Shown: positions 26,903 to 36,697, numbered from the stretch's first letter. The stretch is 64,000 nucleotides of DNA from Ferrithrix thermotolerans DSM 19514 (GCA_945906305.1 CAMDQT010000002.1:130177-194176); one strand, 5' to 3'. The notes: generated by a model from the sequence alone, not told the origin. Translations and numbers: made by a program.

Positions 26903-27813
26903 ACCCGGCGACCGGCAGCGACGACGGCCTGGTCAGCTGGGCTGCGGTGGCGGCGGGGGGTCGAGCCCGTTTGGCCGCCGCCGGCGCGTCCCAGGCCGCG
27001 CTCGATGTGCGTCGCCTGATCGAGGAAGTCACTGGGTGTGAACCGGGGCAGTACCACGCCACCCTGGAGCTGCCCGCCACCGTCAAGGCCCTGGCCAGGT
27101 TCGATGCAATGGTGCTGCGGCGTGCGGCGGGCGAGCCGCTGCAGTATGTGCTCGGCCGTTGGGGGTTTCGCTATCTCGACCTGCTCGTGGATCCACGGGT
27201 GCTCATTCCGAGGCCGGAGACCGAGATCGTGGTCGACGTGGCTCTCGGGGAGATCGAGCGGTTGGCCCCGCGCCGTGATCTGGTAGCCCAGCCGCGAATC
27301 ACCGTGGCCGATCTGGGTACCGGATCGGGGGCGATAGCGCTGTCCTTGGCGTTCGAATGCAAGTTCATCGATGTTTGGGCCACCGACGTGTCCGATGACG
27401 CGCTGGCCGTGGCTCGCGCCAACCTGGCGGGTATCGGCCGAGCCGCGGCCCGGGTGCAGCTACGGTCGGGGTCGTGGTTCGAGGCACTTCCGCGCGAGTT
27501 GGCCGGTCAGCTTGCCGTCATTGTCTCCAACCCGCCCTACGTCGCGACGAGCGAGGCCTTGCCGGCCGAGGTTGCGGCGTGGGAGCCGGAGATGGCGCTG
27601 CGCAGTGGCCACGATGGGCTCGACGCGGCCCGTCACCTGCTGGCCTGCGCCCCGCAGTGGCTGCTGCCGAAGGGGGCCTTGGTGCTCGAGTTGGGCTCCG
27701 AACACCTTCGCGAGGCCGCCAGCCTGGCACGCCGGGTTGGCTATGGCACTGCCGAAATCAAGCCGGACCTGAGCGGTCGGGAGCGTGTTTTGGTGGCGCG
27801 ACGAGCGGGCTAA
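26899..27813 (+). CDS. prmC: release-factor glutamine N5-methyltransferase
   Basis: PLQYVLG, LIPRPETE, DLGTGSGAIAL and the catalytic NPPY (VSNPPYV). The TTG start overlaps the prfA stop (TTGA). Confidence 0.85.
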   Translation: MNPATGSDDGLVSWAAVAAGGRARLAAAGASQAALDVRRLIEEVTGCEPGQYHATLELPATVKALARFDAMVLRRAAGEPLQYVLGRWGFRYLDLLVDPRVLIPRPETEIVVDVALGEIERLAPRRDLVAQPRITVADLGTGSGAIALSLAFECKFIDVWATDVSDDALAVARANLAGIGRAAARVQLRSGSWFEALPRELAGQLAVIVSNPPYVATSEALPAEVAAWEPEMALRSGHDGLDAARHLLACAPQWLLPKGALVLELGSEHLREAASLARRVGYGTAEIKPDLSGRERVLVARRAG

Positions 27814-27871
27814 CGTCGAGCGCCGTGGTGACCCGGAACCAGTACCAGTGGTCTTGCTCGGCGCGTCGCGT

Positions 27872-28984
27872 ATGACTCCCACCCTTTGGGGCTACGGTTT
27901 CGCCGGAGCGGTGGCTGCAGTGGTGACCTGGTTGCTCGTGCCAGCAACGATTCGCCTTGCCAATCGCTTCGGTGCGGTGGTGGCCCCCGATGAGCGTCGG
28001 GTTCATCGTTGGCCGACGCCAACGCTCGGTGGTGCCGCCATGCTGGGCGGGTTCCTGGCCTCCGTGCTGGCTTCGGCGTGGGTGCTACCCGGTTATGGCG
28101 CGGTGTTCAAGCACCCCCGGGAGATCATCGGCATCGTTGTCGCCGCCGTAGTCATTTATGGCGTCGGATTCATTGACGATGTCCGCGAGGTTTCTGCCCC
28201 GGCCAAGGTGGCGGGGATGGTGTTGGCAGGCTCGGTGCTGTCCATCGCGGGCGTCAGTTTGGTGTTCTTCCGCATCCCCTTTGCCGGGTTCTTGGTGCTC
28301 ACCCCTGACCTGTCGGCGCTGATAACCGTGTTGTGGGTTATCGGCATGGCCAACGTCGTCAACCTCGTCGACGGGCTCGACGGGCTCGCCACGGGGATTG
28401 TCGGTATCGCCGCCCTGGCCTTTTTCATCTACACCCAGCAGCTTGCGGACAACGACCTGGTGCGTTCCACGAACCCGGCACCGCTGGTTGCCGTTGCCGT
28501 GTTCGGAGTGTGCCTTGGCTTCCTGCCCCACAACTTCCACCCGGCTCGGACGTTCATGGGTGACGGCGGAGCGCTGCTGTTGGGGTTGTTGATGGCGGCG
28601 GCCACCATCTCCGTCGGCGGTCGGACCCGTGATCCCTTCAGCGGTCAGACGTATTTCTTCTTCGCCCCATTGGTCATTCCGTTGTTCGTGTTGGGGGTAC
28701 CAATCGCCGACACGACCTTCGCCATTTTCCGCCGGGCCCGTCGACGGTCGGGTCTGGCCACCGCCGACAAGGGCCACCTGCATCACCGCCTGATGGAGAT
28801 GGGACACGGGCAGCGCCGCAGCGTCGCCATTCTGTGGGGCTGGACCGCGTTGTTGTCCGCCATCGCGTTGTTTCCGACCATCACCGGCGTCGGCGACGGA
28901 TTGGTTCTTGTCGGGCTGGGCGCGGTCGCCTTGGCGTTGGTCACGTGGTTCCACCCTGGCCTTCGGCGCCCTCCAGAGGAGTGA
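27872..28984 (+). CDS. wecA: polyprenyl-phosphate N-acetylhexosamine-1-phosphate transferase (MraY/WecA family, GT4)
   Basis: Multi-TM protein with GFIDDVREV, NVVNLVDGLDGLA, and HLHHRL near the C-terminus. This is the usual position of rfe/wecA upstream of the atp operon. The MTPTLWGYG start was chosen. Confidence 0.8.
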   Translation: MTPTLWGYGFAGAVAAVVTWLLVPATIRLANRFGAVVAPDERRVHRWPTPTLGGAAMLGGFLASVLASAWVLPGYGAVFKHPREIIGIVVAAVVIYGVGFIDDVREVSAPAKVAGMVLAGSVLSIAGVSLVFFRIPFAGFLVLTPDLSALITVLWVIGMANVVNLVDGLDGLATGIVGIAALAFFIYTQQLADNDLVRSTNPAPLVAVAVFGVCLGFLPHNFHPARTFMGDGGALLLGLLMAAATISVGGRTRDPFSGQTYFFFAPLVIPLFVLGVPIADTTFAIFRRARRRSGLATADKGHLHHRLMEMGHGQRRSVAILWGWTALLSAIALFPTITGVGDGLVLVGLGAVALALVTWFHPGLRRPPEE

Positions 28985-29048
28985 ACCGTCGGTGGGGTCG
29001 GCAGAACTGGCCCTTGTTCCGCCGCCGCCGGGTCGGGTCAGTGACCGT

Positions 29049-30611
29049 TTAGCTGGCGCCGCGCTGAAACAGAACGCTCGGCAATGTCCGGCCCAGAATC
29101 GACAGGTCGGTGGCAAGGGACCAGTTGTCGACGTAGGAGAGGTCGAGGCGGCTGTATTCCTCGAAGGTGGTGCCGGAGCGTCCGCTCACTTGCCACATGC
29201 CGGTGATGCCGGGTTGGACCCGCAGACGGTCACGCAGATCGTCCGACCACAGCGCCGCCTCCTCGGGCAGCGCCGGGCGTGGCCCGACCAGGCTCATCGC
29301 GCCGCACAGGACGTTCCACAACTGCGGAAACTCGTCAATTGAGCTCTTCCGCAGGATGCGTCCGAGGCGCGTCACCCGGGGATCGTCCTTGATCTTGAAC
29401 AGCGGTCCGTCGGCCTCGTTCTGGGCGATCAGCGTGTCGCGCACCTTATGGGCGTCAGGAATCATGGTTCGGAACTTGATGACGTCGAAGAGACGGCCGT
29501 TGCGGCCGACCCGCGTCTGGCGGAAGAAGACCGGACCCTTGCTGTCGATCTTGATCGCCAGACACACCGCGGACAGCGGCAGGGCCAGTACGACCAGGCC
29601 GATCGCGGACAAGGCGAAGTCGAACACGCGCTTGGCCCATGAGCGCCAACCGGACTGGTGCAGTGGCTGGAGATACACCACCGGGAACCGACCCAAGGGG
29701 CGGATCGACAAACGTCCGACGGCGATGTCGGGAAGTGTCGGCGACAGTTCGACCGTGATCCCGGCCTTGAGCAGTTTGCGGATCAGGCTCGAGGTTTGAG
29801 CAACGTTGACCGCGGAAGCGGCGATCATGACGTTGGTGATCTTTCGCCGGGTGAGCGTGTCAACTGCGTCGTCGAGTTGACACAAGATGTCCCCGTAGCG
29901 GCTGTCGTTGGAGGCGCCGTCGACCGTGATGTACCCGGCGAAGCGACAACCGAGTTCAGGGGCGTTGTCGAACATGCGCCGCAGTTCCGCCCCTTCGCTG
30001 TTGTCGCCCACGATGGCGGTCTGGCGTGAGCGGAAGCCCCGTCGCCGTAGCTGTCCGAAAACCTGTCGTACGATCTCGCGCTCGATGGTCAGCAGCCCTA
30101 GCCCGATCAGGAAGGCGAACAGAACGAAATCGCGCTCCATGGCGATGCGCCGCCAGATGTCCGAGATCACCAACAGCGATGCCGCCCCCGCGATGGAGGC
30201 CAGGGCCAGACGGCGGAACTCCTGGGCACGGGCGGCGATGAAACGAGATTGGTAGGCCCGCACCTGCGTGAGTGCGAACAGCCAAACGGGGACCGCCAAC
30301 AGGGCGATCTGGCGGGTGACCTCGGCGTTGCGGACCGATGATGTCCGACCGCTGAAACGAGCCAGGACCATGGCGATGCTCAAGGCGATGAGCAGGGTGA
30401 TGGCGTCGGCGATAACGATGAGCAACTTGCAGAAGCGGGGAGATTGCCACCACCGGCGTTCGGCGTGTGGGTGGGGTCCGGACCCCGGTTCCGCCGTCGT
30501 TCGGGCCGGTGCCAGATGGGTCTCGAATCGGGGCGCACTCGACCCTTGTGCCGAGCGCCTACTGGTCGGCGCGTAGCGACTTTGGTTATCCCGGGATCGA
30601 ATTGTCTCCAT
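29049..30611 (-). CDS. polyprenyl glycosylphosphotransferase (WbaP / exopolysaccharide 'bacterial sugar transferase' family)
   Basis: N-terminal TM block, a central Rossmann-like segment, and a C-terminal catalytic domain: KRVFDFALSAIGLVVLALPL...KGPVFFRQTRVGRNGRLFDVIKFRTM...DEFPQLWNVLCGAMSLVGPRP. Confidence 0.85.
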   Translation of the reverse strand: METIRSRDNQSRYAPTSRRSAQGSSAPRFETHLAPARTTAEPGSGPHPHAERRWWQSPRFCKLLIVIADAITLLIALSIAMVLARFSGRTSSVRNAEVTRQIALLAVPVWLFALTQVRAYQSRFIAARAQEFRRLALASIAGAASLLVISDIWRRIAMERDFVLFAFLIGLGLLTIEREIVRQVFGQLRRRGFRSRQTAIVGDNSEGAELRRMFDNAPELGCRFAGYITVDGASNDSRYGDILCQLDDAVDTLTRRKITNVMIAASAVNVAQTSSLIRKLLKAGITVELSPTLPDIAVGRLSIRPLGRFPVVYLQPLHQSGWRSWAKRVFDFALSAIGLVVLALPLSAVCLAIKIDSKGPVFFRQTRVGRNGRLFDVIKFRTMIPDAHKVRDTLIAQNEADGPLFKIKDDPRVTRLGRILRKSSIDEFPQLWNVLCGAMSLVGPRPALPEEAALWSDDLRDRLRVQPGITGMWQVSGRSGTTFEEYSRLDLSYVDNWSLATDLSILGRTLPSVLFQRGAS

Positions 30612-31449
30612 GAGGTCTGCTCTCGCCCTTCGGTCACCGCCTGCCAGCTAGCCGGAACGCGAGTTGCCCTCGGACATGTGCATGCCGAAGCCCTCTGCGA
30701 GCACCGGGCGTTTCCGCCGCCACCGCGCTCGCACATTCCGCCAAACTGAACCGCTGAGGTTTCTGCCTCGGGATTGACCATACGGCAAACAAGGGGTTCG
30801 TCAAGCAGGGTGATCATGCCGATCGAGTGACAGCCTTGGGTCCCTGCCATTGGGGGAGCCCATCGACCTAAATCAGGTGATGCAGCGCGGTCATTGCGTG
30901 CTTCTTCCACCACTTAAAGTGGCCCCATAGGACTCCTCCCATATTCGGAGCCGGCCAGAACACGGTGCCCGGCTCTTGCTCCAACACCAGGAGGAACCCG
31001 GTCGGCCGGGCTCATCCAATTCTCGCGAGGCCTTTAGCGGTCGCCCTGACCAGGACTTTCGTCCGGGCCGAACCGAACGGCGACTAGGCCAAGCGTGCGG
31101 GTCGTCCTCCCAGGCCCAGTCGGCCGTGCCGTGGCCTGCGTGGGCGTAACGCCGCCGCGCTCGCTGCGCCCTCCACGGGCGGGCTGGCCCAGCTTCGGGG
31201 ATTGCCATACCCGGTGAGGGTGAGCCGCAGGGCCGCGTCCATCCCCGAATTGGGCGATCTACATCGCGGCGGGGTGACGTCTCACCGGCTCGGCCGCACG
31301 TCGGGCTACTGAGCTAGATTCTGTGCCGGAGCAACCCCAGGGCGCCGGTCAGCACCCCAGCGCAGATTTGCGCTTTGCCCCGTTGGCCCATAGATTGCGA
31401 ATCCATTCACAAGTCCGCTGTGTCTCCGGATGCGGCGTCAAGGAAGCCC
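30612..31449. other. unusually long non-coding spacer between the divergent sugar-transferase gene and the atp operon
   Basis: About 840 nt with stop codons in all plus-strand frames. The only ORFs are Arg/Trp-rich and implausible. Contains a 13-bp palindrome CCACTT-A-AAGTGG (30910-30922) and several hairpins. Confidence 0.6.
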
Positions 31450-31701
31450 GTGGACAAGTCGCAGCGACGCGAATTATCCAAAGATCTCAACCGCAGCAGT
31501 GGCGGCTTCGAACTTGCGTTCGTGGCGGCTATTTTCGGTGGTCTTGGGTTGCTGTTGGACCACTGGTTCGGCACGACCCCGTTCATCGGCTTGGTCTGTT
31601 TCCTGTCGATGACCGTGGCTTGTGTGTTCAAACTCTGGCTGGGATACGACCAGCAGATGAAGCGTCTCGAGGCGGAGGGTCCATGGGCTCGGCGTTCGTG
31701 A
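31450..31701 (+). CDS. AtpZ-like small membrane protein (ATP synthase operon gene 1 family)
   Basis: GFELAFVAAIFGGLGLLLDHWFGTTPFIGLVCFLSMTV matches the two-helix AtpZ pattern (G.E......G...G..LD.W.GT.P). The start is uncertain. GTG at 31450 follows AAGGAAG, and the ORF is open back to TTG at 31375. Confidence 0.6.
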   Translation: MDKSQRRELSKDLNRSSGGFELAFVAAIFGGLGLLLDHWFGTTPFIGLVCFLSMTVACVFKLWLGYDQQMKRLEAEGPWARRS

Positions 31702-32162
31702 CCCGCCTCGAGGGTCCAGCTCCCGAGGTCGAATTGGCCCGAGACATGATCCGCCGGGCGCTGCCCGTGGCCCCGATTTTCGTCCTGGTTTGCGCCGCCA
31801 TGTGGTCCGTCGATGGCGCCATCTCCTCTGGGTACGGAATTGGCATCGTGCTGGGCAACTTCGCGTTGTCCGCCGCCATGCTCGCCGTCACGGCCCGGAT
31901 CTCCCTGGTACTGATGATGGGGGCGGCCCTATTCGGGTTCCTGGCCCGTCTCGCCATCATCTTTGCCGCGGTATTACTGGTGAAAGATGCCAGCTGGATG
32001 AGCCTTCCGGCCCTTGGGGTGACCTTGGTGGTCACCCATCTTGGGTTGCTGTTCTGGGAGATGCGTTATGTTTCGCTTTCCCTGGCGCACCCCGGCCTCA
32101 AGCCTCGACGCCCTAAGCCCCGTTCGCATCAACGAGCAATGAAGGAGAGTGTGGCACCGTGA
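31683..32162 (+). CDS. atpI: ATP synthase protein I
   Basis: 159 aa with four hydrophobic helices, located directly upstream of atpB and overlapping it (GTGA). I took the ATG at 31683 as the start. The upstream part of the 279-aa ORF looks non-coding. Confidence 0.65.
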   Translation: MGSAFVTRLEGPAPEVELARDMIRRALPVAPIFVLVCAAMWSVDGAISSGYGIGIVLGNFALSAAMLAVTARISLVLMMGAALFGFLARLAIIFAAVLLVKDASWMSLPALGVTLVVTHLGLLFWEMRYVSLSLAHPGLKPRRPKPRSHQRAMKESVAP

Positions 32163-32926
32163 TCATCGGCGCACTCGAGTTTCCGCCCATCGAACACGTG
32201 GTCGAATGGCCGGCGTGGTTCGCGCACGAGACGATGTTCGCGTTCAACAAGATCGCTTTCATCAACCTCTTGGCGACGGTCCTCACCATCGTGATCTTTG
32301 CTGTCGCGGGCACGAAGAAGCAGCTCGTTCCGCGCGGCGTGCAGAACTTGGCCGAGGTGTCGGTGCAGTTCATCCGCAACGAGGTGATCGCCCCCGGTAT
32401 CGGCCATGGCGGTGAGCGCTACCTGCCGATGCTGATCTCGATGTTCTTCTTCCTCCTCTTCTCGAACATCACCGGCATCATCCCGTTGTTCAACATGCCG
32501 GCTACGGCGCGTATGGCCACCCCGCTGGTGTTGGCGGTGCTGGCCTGGATCTGGTTCATGGGTGTCGGCCTGAAGCACCATGGCCTCCGTTACATCACCG
32601 GTGCCATTTTCCCCCCTGGGGTTCCCAAGCCGCTGTACCTGTTGGTGACCCCCATCGAGTTTCTGTCGACGTTCCTGGTGCGGCCCTTCTCCCTCGCCGT
32701 GCGGCTCTTCGGCAACATGTTGGCCGGTCATATTCTGCTGGTGACCTTCAGCGTGATGTGCATCACGCTGTGGGGCTTCAAGCCGCTCGTGGCGGCGCTG
32801 CCGCTGTCGCTGTTCATGCTGATTGCGCTGACCGGCTTTGAGGTGCTCGTCGCCTTCCTGCAGGCCTTCATTTTCACCATTCTCACCGCGGTCTACATCG
32901 GCGGAGCGTTGCACCCCGAACACTGA
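32159..32926 (+). CDS. atpB: F0 ATP synthase subunit a
   Basis: Polytopic protein containing the conserved LAVRLFGNMLAGH (essential Arg). Confidence 0.9.
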   Translation: MIIGALEFPPIEHVVEWPAWFAHETMFAFNKIAFINLLATVLTIVIFAVAGTKKQLVPRGVQNLAEVSVQFIRNEVIAPGIGHGGERYLPMLISMFFFLLFSNITGIIPLFNMPATARMATPLVLAVLAWIWFMGVGLKHHGLRYITGAIFPPGVPKPLYLLVTPIEFLSTFLVRPFSLAVRLFGNMLAGHILLVTFSVMCITLWGFKPLVAALPLSLFMLIALTGFEVLVAFLQAFIFTILTAVYIGGALHPEH

Positions 32927-33346
<420 letters not shown>

Positions 33347-33395
33347 TCCTCGAGTTCTCGAAACCGATCAACCGAACGACTGATACGGAGGAACT

Positions 33396-33941
33396 GTGCT
33401 CGTTGCTGCGCTGCTCGCGGCCGAAGAAGCAAAGAAAACGGTCAACCCGATCCTTCCGGTAATGGAAGAGATCCACTGGGCCGCCGGGAGCTTCGTTTTG
33501 CTCTGGTTGTTGATGCGTTACGTCTTATTGGCACCGGTCGCACGGGTCATGGACGAGCGCGAGGAACGACTGCGTGAGTCGCGCGCCGAGGCCGATTCGG
33601 CCAGTTCGGGTGCTGAAGACGCAGTTGCTGCCTACAAGGCCCAGGTCAATGTGGCTCGGGCAGAGGCCACAGGCATCGTCACCGCGGCCCGTGAGGAAGC
33701 TGAGCGTTACCGCGCCACCCAATTGGCCGAAGCCAACGCCGCCATCCATGAGCAACGGGAGCAGGCCGCAGCCGAGGTCACCGCGGCGAAGGCAGCCGCG
33801 CTGGCCCAGTTGCGCACTCAGATTGCCGGTATTGCGGTGACCGCCGCATCCCGAGCAGTGCAGAAAGACCTTGTCCTCGACGCCCAACTGCAGGTGATTG
33901 AGGATTACGTCAACGGCGTTAACAAAGGTGGGTCGCGATGA
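33396..33941 (+). CDS. atpF: F0 ATP synthase subunit b (copy 1)
   Basis: One N-terminal TM helix followed by a long Ala/Glu/Arg-rich coiled coil. Operon position after atpE. Confidence 0.8.
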   Translation: MLVAALLAAEEAKKTVNPILPVMEEIHWAAGSFVLLWLLMRYVLLAPVARVMDEREERLRESRAEADSASSGAEDAVAAYKAQVNVARAEATGIVTAAREEAERYRATQLAEANAAIHEQREQAAAEVTAAKAAALAQLRTQIAGIAVTAASRAVQKDLVLDAQLQVIEDYVNGVNKGGSR

Positions 33942-34471
33942 CTGGCGTTCTCGGAGCGCTGCTCGCCTCGGAAGGGTCCAACGGGCTGTTCCTGCCGGCA
34001 GACGTGAACGAACTGTATTGGTCGATCGTGGCCATCGTGGCGGTGTTGGGCCTGCTGTGGAAACTGGCCCTGCCACCTATCAAAAAGGGCCTGCGGGATC
34101 GCACCGCCAAGATTGAGCAGCAACTCGGGGCCGCCGCCAAGGCCAAGGCGGACGCCTTGCTGGAAGCGGAACGCCTTCGCGGCTCCGTGGGTGACGCCGT
34201 GGCCGACGCCGCCCGGGTGGTGGCTGAGGCCCATCAAAGTGCCCAGCAGCTCGGGGTGTCCTTGCGGGCCCGCGCCGATCAAGAGGCGGCGGACCTGCGT
34301 ACCCGGGCGCAGGCTGATATCGAGGCCCAGAAGGTTCAGGCCATCGCCGACCTGCAGGCCGAGGTGGCCGCTCTGGCCAGCGGTGCGGCTGAGGCCGTGG
34401 TTCGTCACAACCTCGACGACGCCACCCAATCCAGCCTCATCGACAATTACATCAACCAGGTGGGGGCGTGA
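33938..34471 (+). CDS. F0 ATP synthase subunit b' (second b-type stator subunit)
   Basis: Same architecture as copy 1 (TM helix WSIVAIVAVLGLLWKLALPPI plus a coiled coil). ATGA overlap with copy 1. Confidence 0.8.
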   Translation: MTGVLGALLASEGSNGLFLPADVNELYWSIVAIVAVLGLLWKLALPPIKKGLRDRTAKIEQQLGAAAKAKADALLEAERLRGSVGDAVADAARVVAEAHQSAQQLGVSLRARADQEAADLRTRAQADIEAQKVQAIADLQAEVAALASGAAEAVVRHNLDDATQSSLIDNYINQVGA

Positions 34472-35004
34472 CGATGGCCGGTACCGAACGTGCCCTGCTC
34501 TTCGCCGATGCGCTGTTCACCATCGTGCAGATCTCGGCCCAGCCGGCCGAGATCGAAGACGAGCTCTTCCGGCTCGCTCGCATCTTTGAAGGTTCCGACG
34601 AACTCCGCTCGAAGCTGACTGACACCACCATTCCGGCCCCCCGTCGGCAGCAGATCGTCGAGGAACTCCTCGGCTCCCGCGCCCATCCCGTCACGACGGC
34701 GATTGTCTCGCTGGTCGTCTCGGCCGATCGTGCCGCCGATCTGACCAAGATCGTCAATGCCATGGCAGCCCGCTCTGCCGCGGCATCGAACCGGTCCTTG
34801 GCAGAAGTGCGTTCGGCGGTCCCGCTGAGCGATGAGCAACAGACCCGTCTCGCCGCCGCGTTGGAGAAGCAGCTCGGTTTCGCAGTGCAGGTCAAAGTCA
34901 TCATCGATCCCTCCGTCCTCGGTGGCGTCATCACGCAGATCGGTGACACCGTCATCGATGGCAGCATCCGTACCCGTCTCGCCCAGCTGCGGGAAGCGTT
35001 CTAG
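34468..35004 (+). CDS. atpH: F1 ATP synthase subunit delta (OSCP)
   Basis: 178 aa with the C-terminal [26 protein letters not shown] typical of delta/OSCP. GTGA overlap with b'. Confidence 0.85.
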   Translation: MTMAGTERALLFADALFTIVQISAQPAEIEDELFRLARIFEGSDELRSKLTDTTIPAPRRQQIVEELLGSRAHPVTTAIVSLVVSADRAADLTKIVNAMAARSAAASNRSLAEVRSAVPLSDEQQTRLAAALEKQLGFAVQVKVIIDPSVLGGVITQIGDTVIDGSIRTRLAQLREAF

Positions 35005-35021
35005 GCCAAGGAGCCGTAGTC

Positions 35022-36644
35022 ATGGCTGAGCTGACGATCAATACCAACGACATTCTTTCTGCCATCACCAAAGGCCTCGAGGGCTACGCGCCGTCGTTGG
35101 AGCAGAACCAGGTGGGCAAGATCCTCGAGGTGGGCGACGGTATCGCCCGCATCGGTGGGCTTCCCATGGCCACCGTCAACGAGCTGCTCGAGTTCGAGGA
35201 CGGCACCCTCGGCCTCGCGCTCAACCTCGACGAGGGGTCCATCGGCGCCGTGGTTCTCGGTGAGGTGAGCCACATCGACGAAGGCCAAAGCGTCAAGTCG
35301 ACCGGCCGCATCCTCGACGTGCCGGTAGGCGATGGTCTGCTCGGCCGAGTGGTGGACGCCCTCGGCGAACCGATCGACGGCAAGGGCCCGCTCACGAACG
35401 TGACCCGCCGCCGGATGGAGATCCAGGCCCCCGGAATCACCGGCCGAAAGCCGGTCCACGAGCCGATGCAGACCGGCATCAAGGCGATCGACGCGCTGAT
35501 CCCCGTCGGTCGTGGCCAGCGAGAGCTGATCATCGGTGACCGCAAAACGGGCAAGACCACCATTGCCATCGACACGATCATCAACCAGAAGGGCCTGGGG
35601 GTGAACTGCATCTACGTCGCCATCGGCCAGAAGGCCTCGACGGTGGCGCAGACGGTGGCGACCCTGGCGGAATTCGGCGCCATGGACTACACGGTGGTCG
35701 TGGTGGCCCCGGCATCGGACCCGGCGCCGTTCAAGTTCCTCGCTCCCTACGCCGGTTGCGCCATGGGCCAGCACTGGATGGACCAGGGTGGTCATGCCCT
35801 CGTGGTGTATGACGACCTCTCCAAGCAGGCCGAGGCCTATCGCCAGGTGTCTCTGCTGCTGCGTCGGCCGCCGGGCCGTGAGGCCTACCCCGGTGACGTT
35901 TTCTACCTGCACTCCCGCCTGCTCGAACGTGCCGCCAAGCTCTCCGATGAGCTTGGAGCTGGGTCACTGACCGCTCTGCCGATCATCGAAACCAAGGCCG
36001 GCGACGTTTCCGCCTACATCCCAACCAACGTGATCTCCATTACCGACGGGCAGATCTACCTGCAGGATGACCTGTTCAAGTCGGGCATCCGCCCCGCGGT
36101 GGACGTCGGCATCTCGGTCTCCCGGGTCGGTTCCGCGGCGCAGATCAAGGCCATGAAGACCGCGACGGGCACGCTGAAGTCCGATCTGCAACAGTTCCGT
36201 GAGCTGCAGGCCTTTGCGGCGTTCGGTTCTGACCTCGATGCGGTGTCCAAGGCGCAGCTCGAACGAGGCAACCGGTTGACGGAGTTGCTCAAGCAAGGCC
36301 TCAACAGCCCACTGCCCGTTCAGGAGCAGGTGGTGTCGATCTTTGCGGGCACCCGCGGCTACCTCGATGCCGTGCCCGTGTCCGAAGTGCGTCGATTCGA
36401 ATCCGAGCTGCTCGACTGGTTCCGCTCCCGCCACGGCGAGGTACTCGAAGGAATTCGGGTCAAGGGCGAGATTGCCGATATCGCGGGCTTCGAGGCCATC
36501 ATCGCCGCCTTCAGCGAGCAGTACCGCAGCGGCGATAGTTCGGGCCCTGAGCCCATAGCGCAGGCCCAGGGTGCGGCCCATACGGTGATCGTGGACTCCG
36601 ACGTGACGCTGCCCGAAGAAGACCTCAGGCGCGAGCACGAGTGA
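35022..36644 (+). CDS. atpA: F1 ATP synthase subunit alpha
   Basis: Walker [51 protein letters not shown]. 540 aa. Confidence 0.95.
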   Translation: MAELTINTNDILSAITKGLEGYAPSLEQNQVGKILEVGDGIARIGGLPMATVNELLEFEDGTLGLALNLDEGSIGAVVLGEVSHIDEGQSVKSTGRILDVPVGDGLLGRVVDALGEPIDGKGPLTNVTRRRMEIQAPGITGRKPVHEPMQTGIKAIDALIPVGRGQRELIIGDRKTGKTTIAIDTIINQKGLGVNCIYVAIGQKASTVAQTVATLAEFGAMDYTVVVVAPASDPAPFKFLAPYAGCAMGQHWMDQGGHALVVYDDLSKQAEAYRQVSLLLRRPPGREAYPGDVFYLHSRLLERAAKLSDELGAGSLTALPIIETKAGDVSAYIPTNVISITDGQIYLQDDLFKSGIRPAVDVGISVSRVGSAAQIKAMKTATGTLKSDLQQFRELQAFAAFGSDLDAVSKAQLERGNRLTELLKQGLNSPLPVQEQVVSIFAGTRGYLDAVPVSEVRRFESELLDWFRSRHGEVLEGIRVKGEIADIAGFEAIIAAFSEQYRSGDSSGPEPIAQAQGAAHTVIVDSDVTLPEEDLRREHE

Positions 36645-36697
36645 TCCCGTTGGAACCGAGCCAGCCGAAGTCTGAGCGAAGCGGGGAGGTCTGATCG

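Noticed and set aside
30612-30800. Possible c-di-GMP or other riboswitch in the 5' region of the exopolysaccharide-type sugar-transferase gene.
   Set aside because: I could not find GEMM-type conserved elements (GGCAAACC, ACGCAAAGC) or any other riboswitch core that I know. This is left as part of the unexplained-spacer finding.
31043-31054. GGACGAAAGTCC on the minus strand resembles the RNase P RNA CR-I motif (GAGGAAAGUCCGG).
   Set aside because: None of the other universally conserved RNase P blocks (GGUGAAA..GGUAAGAGCGCACC, ACAGAA.CCGGCUUA) occur nearby on that strand. This is probably a chance match.
30891-31208. A 105-aa minus-strand ORF, and the 177-aa ORF at 30380-30913, inside the long spacer.
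   Set aside because: Their translations are Arg/Trp/Pro/Ser-rich with no hydrophobic core or motif. One overlaps the sugar-transferase CDS out of frame. I judge them non-coding.
31323-31682. The N-terminal 120 codons of the 279-aa ORF that contains AtpI.
   Set aside because: This part overlaps the better-supported AtpZ-like frame and translates to an Arg/Gln/Cys-rich sequence without membrane character. An internal ATG at 31683 gives a normal-length AtpI.
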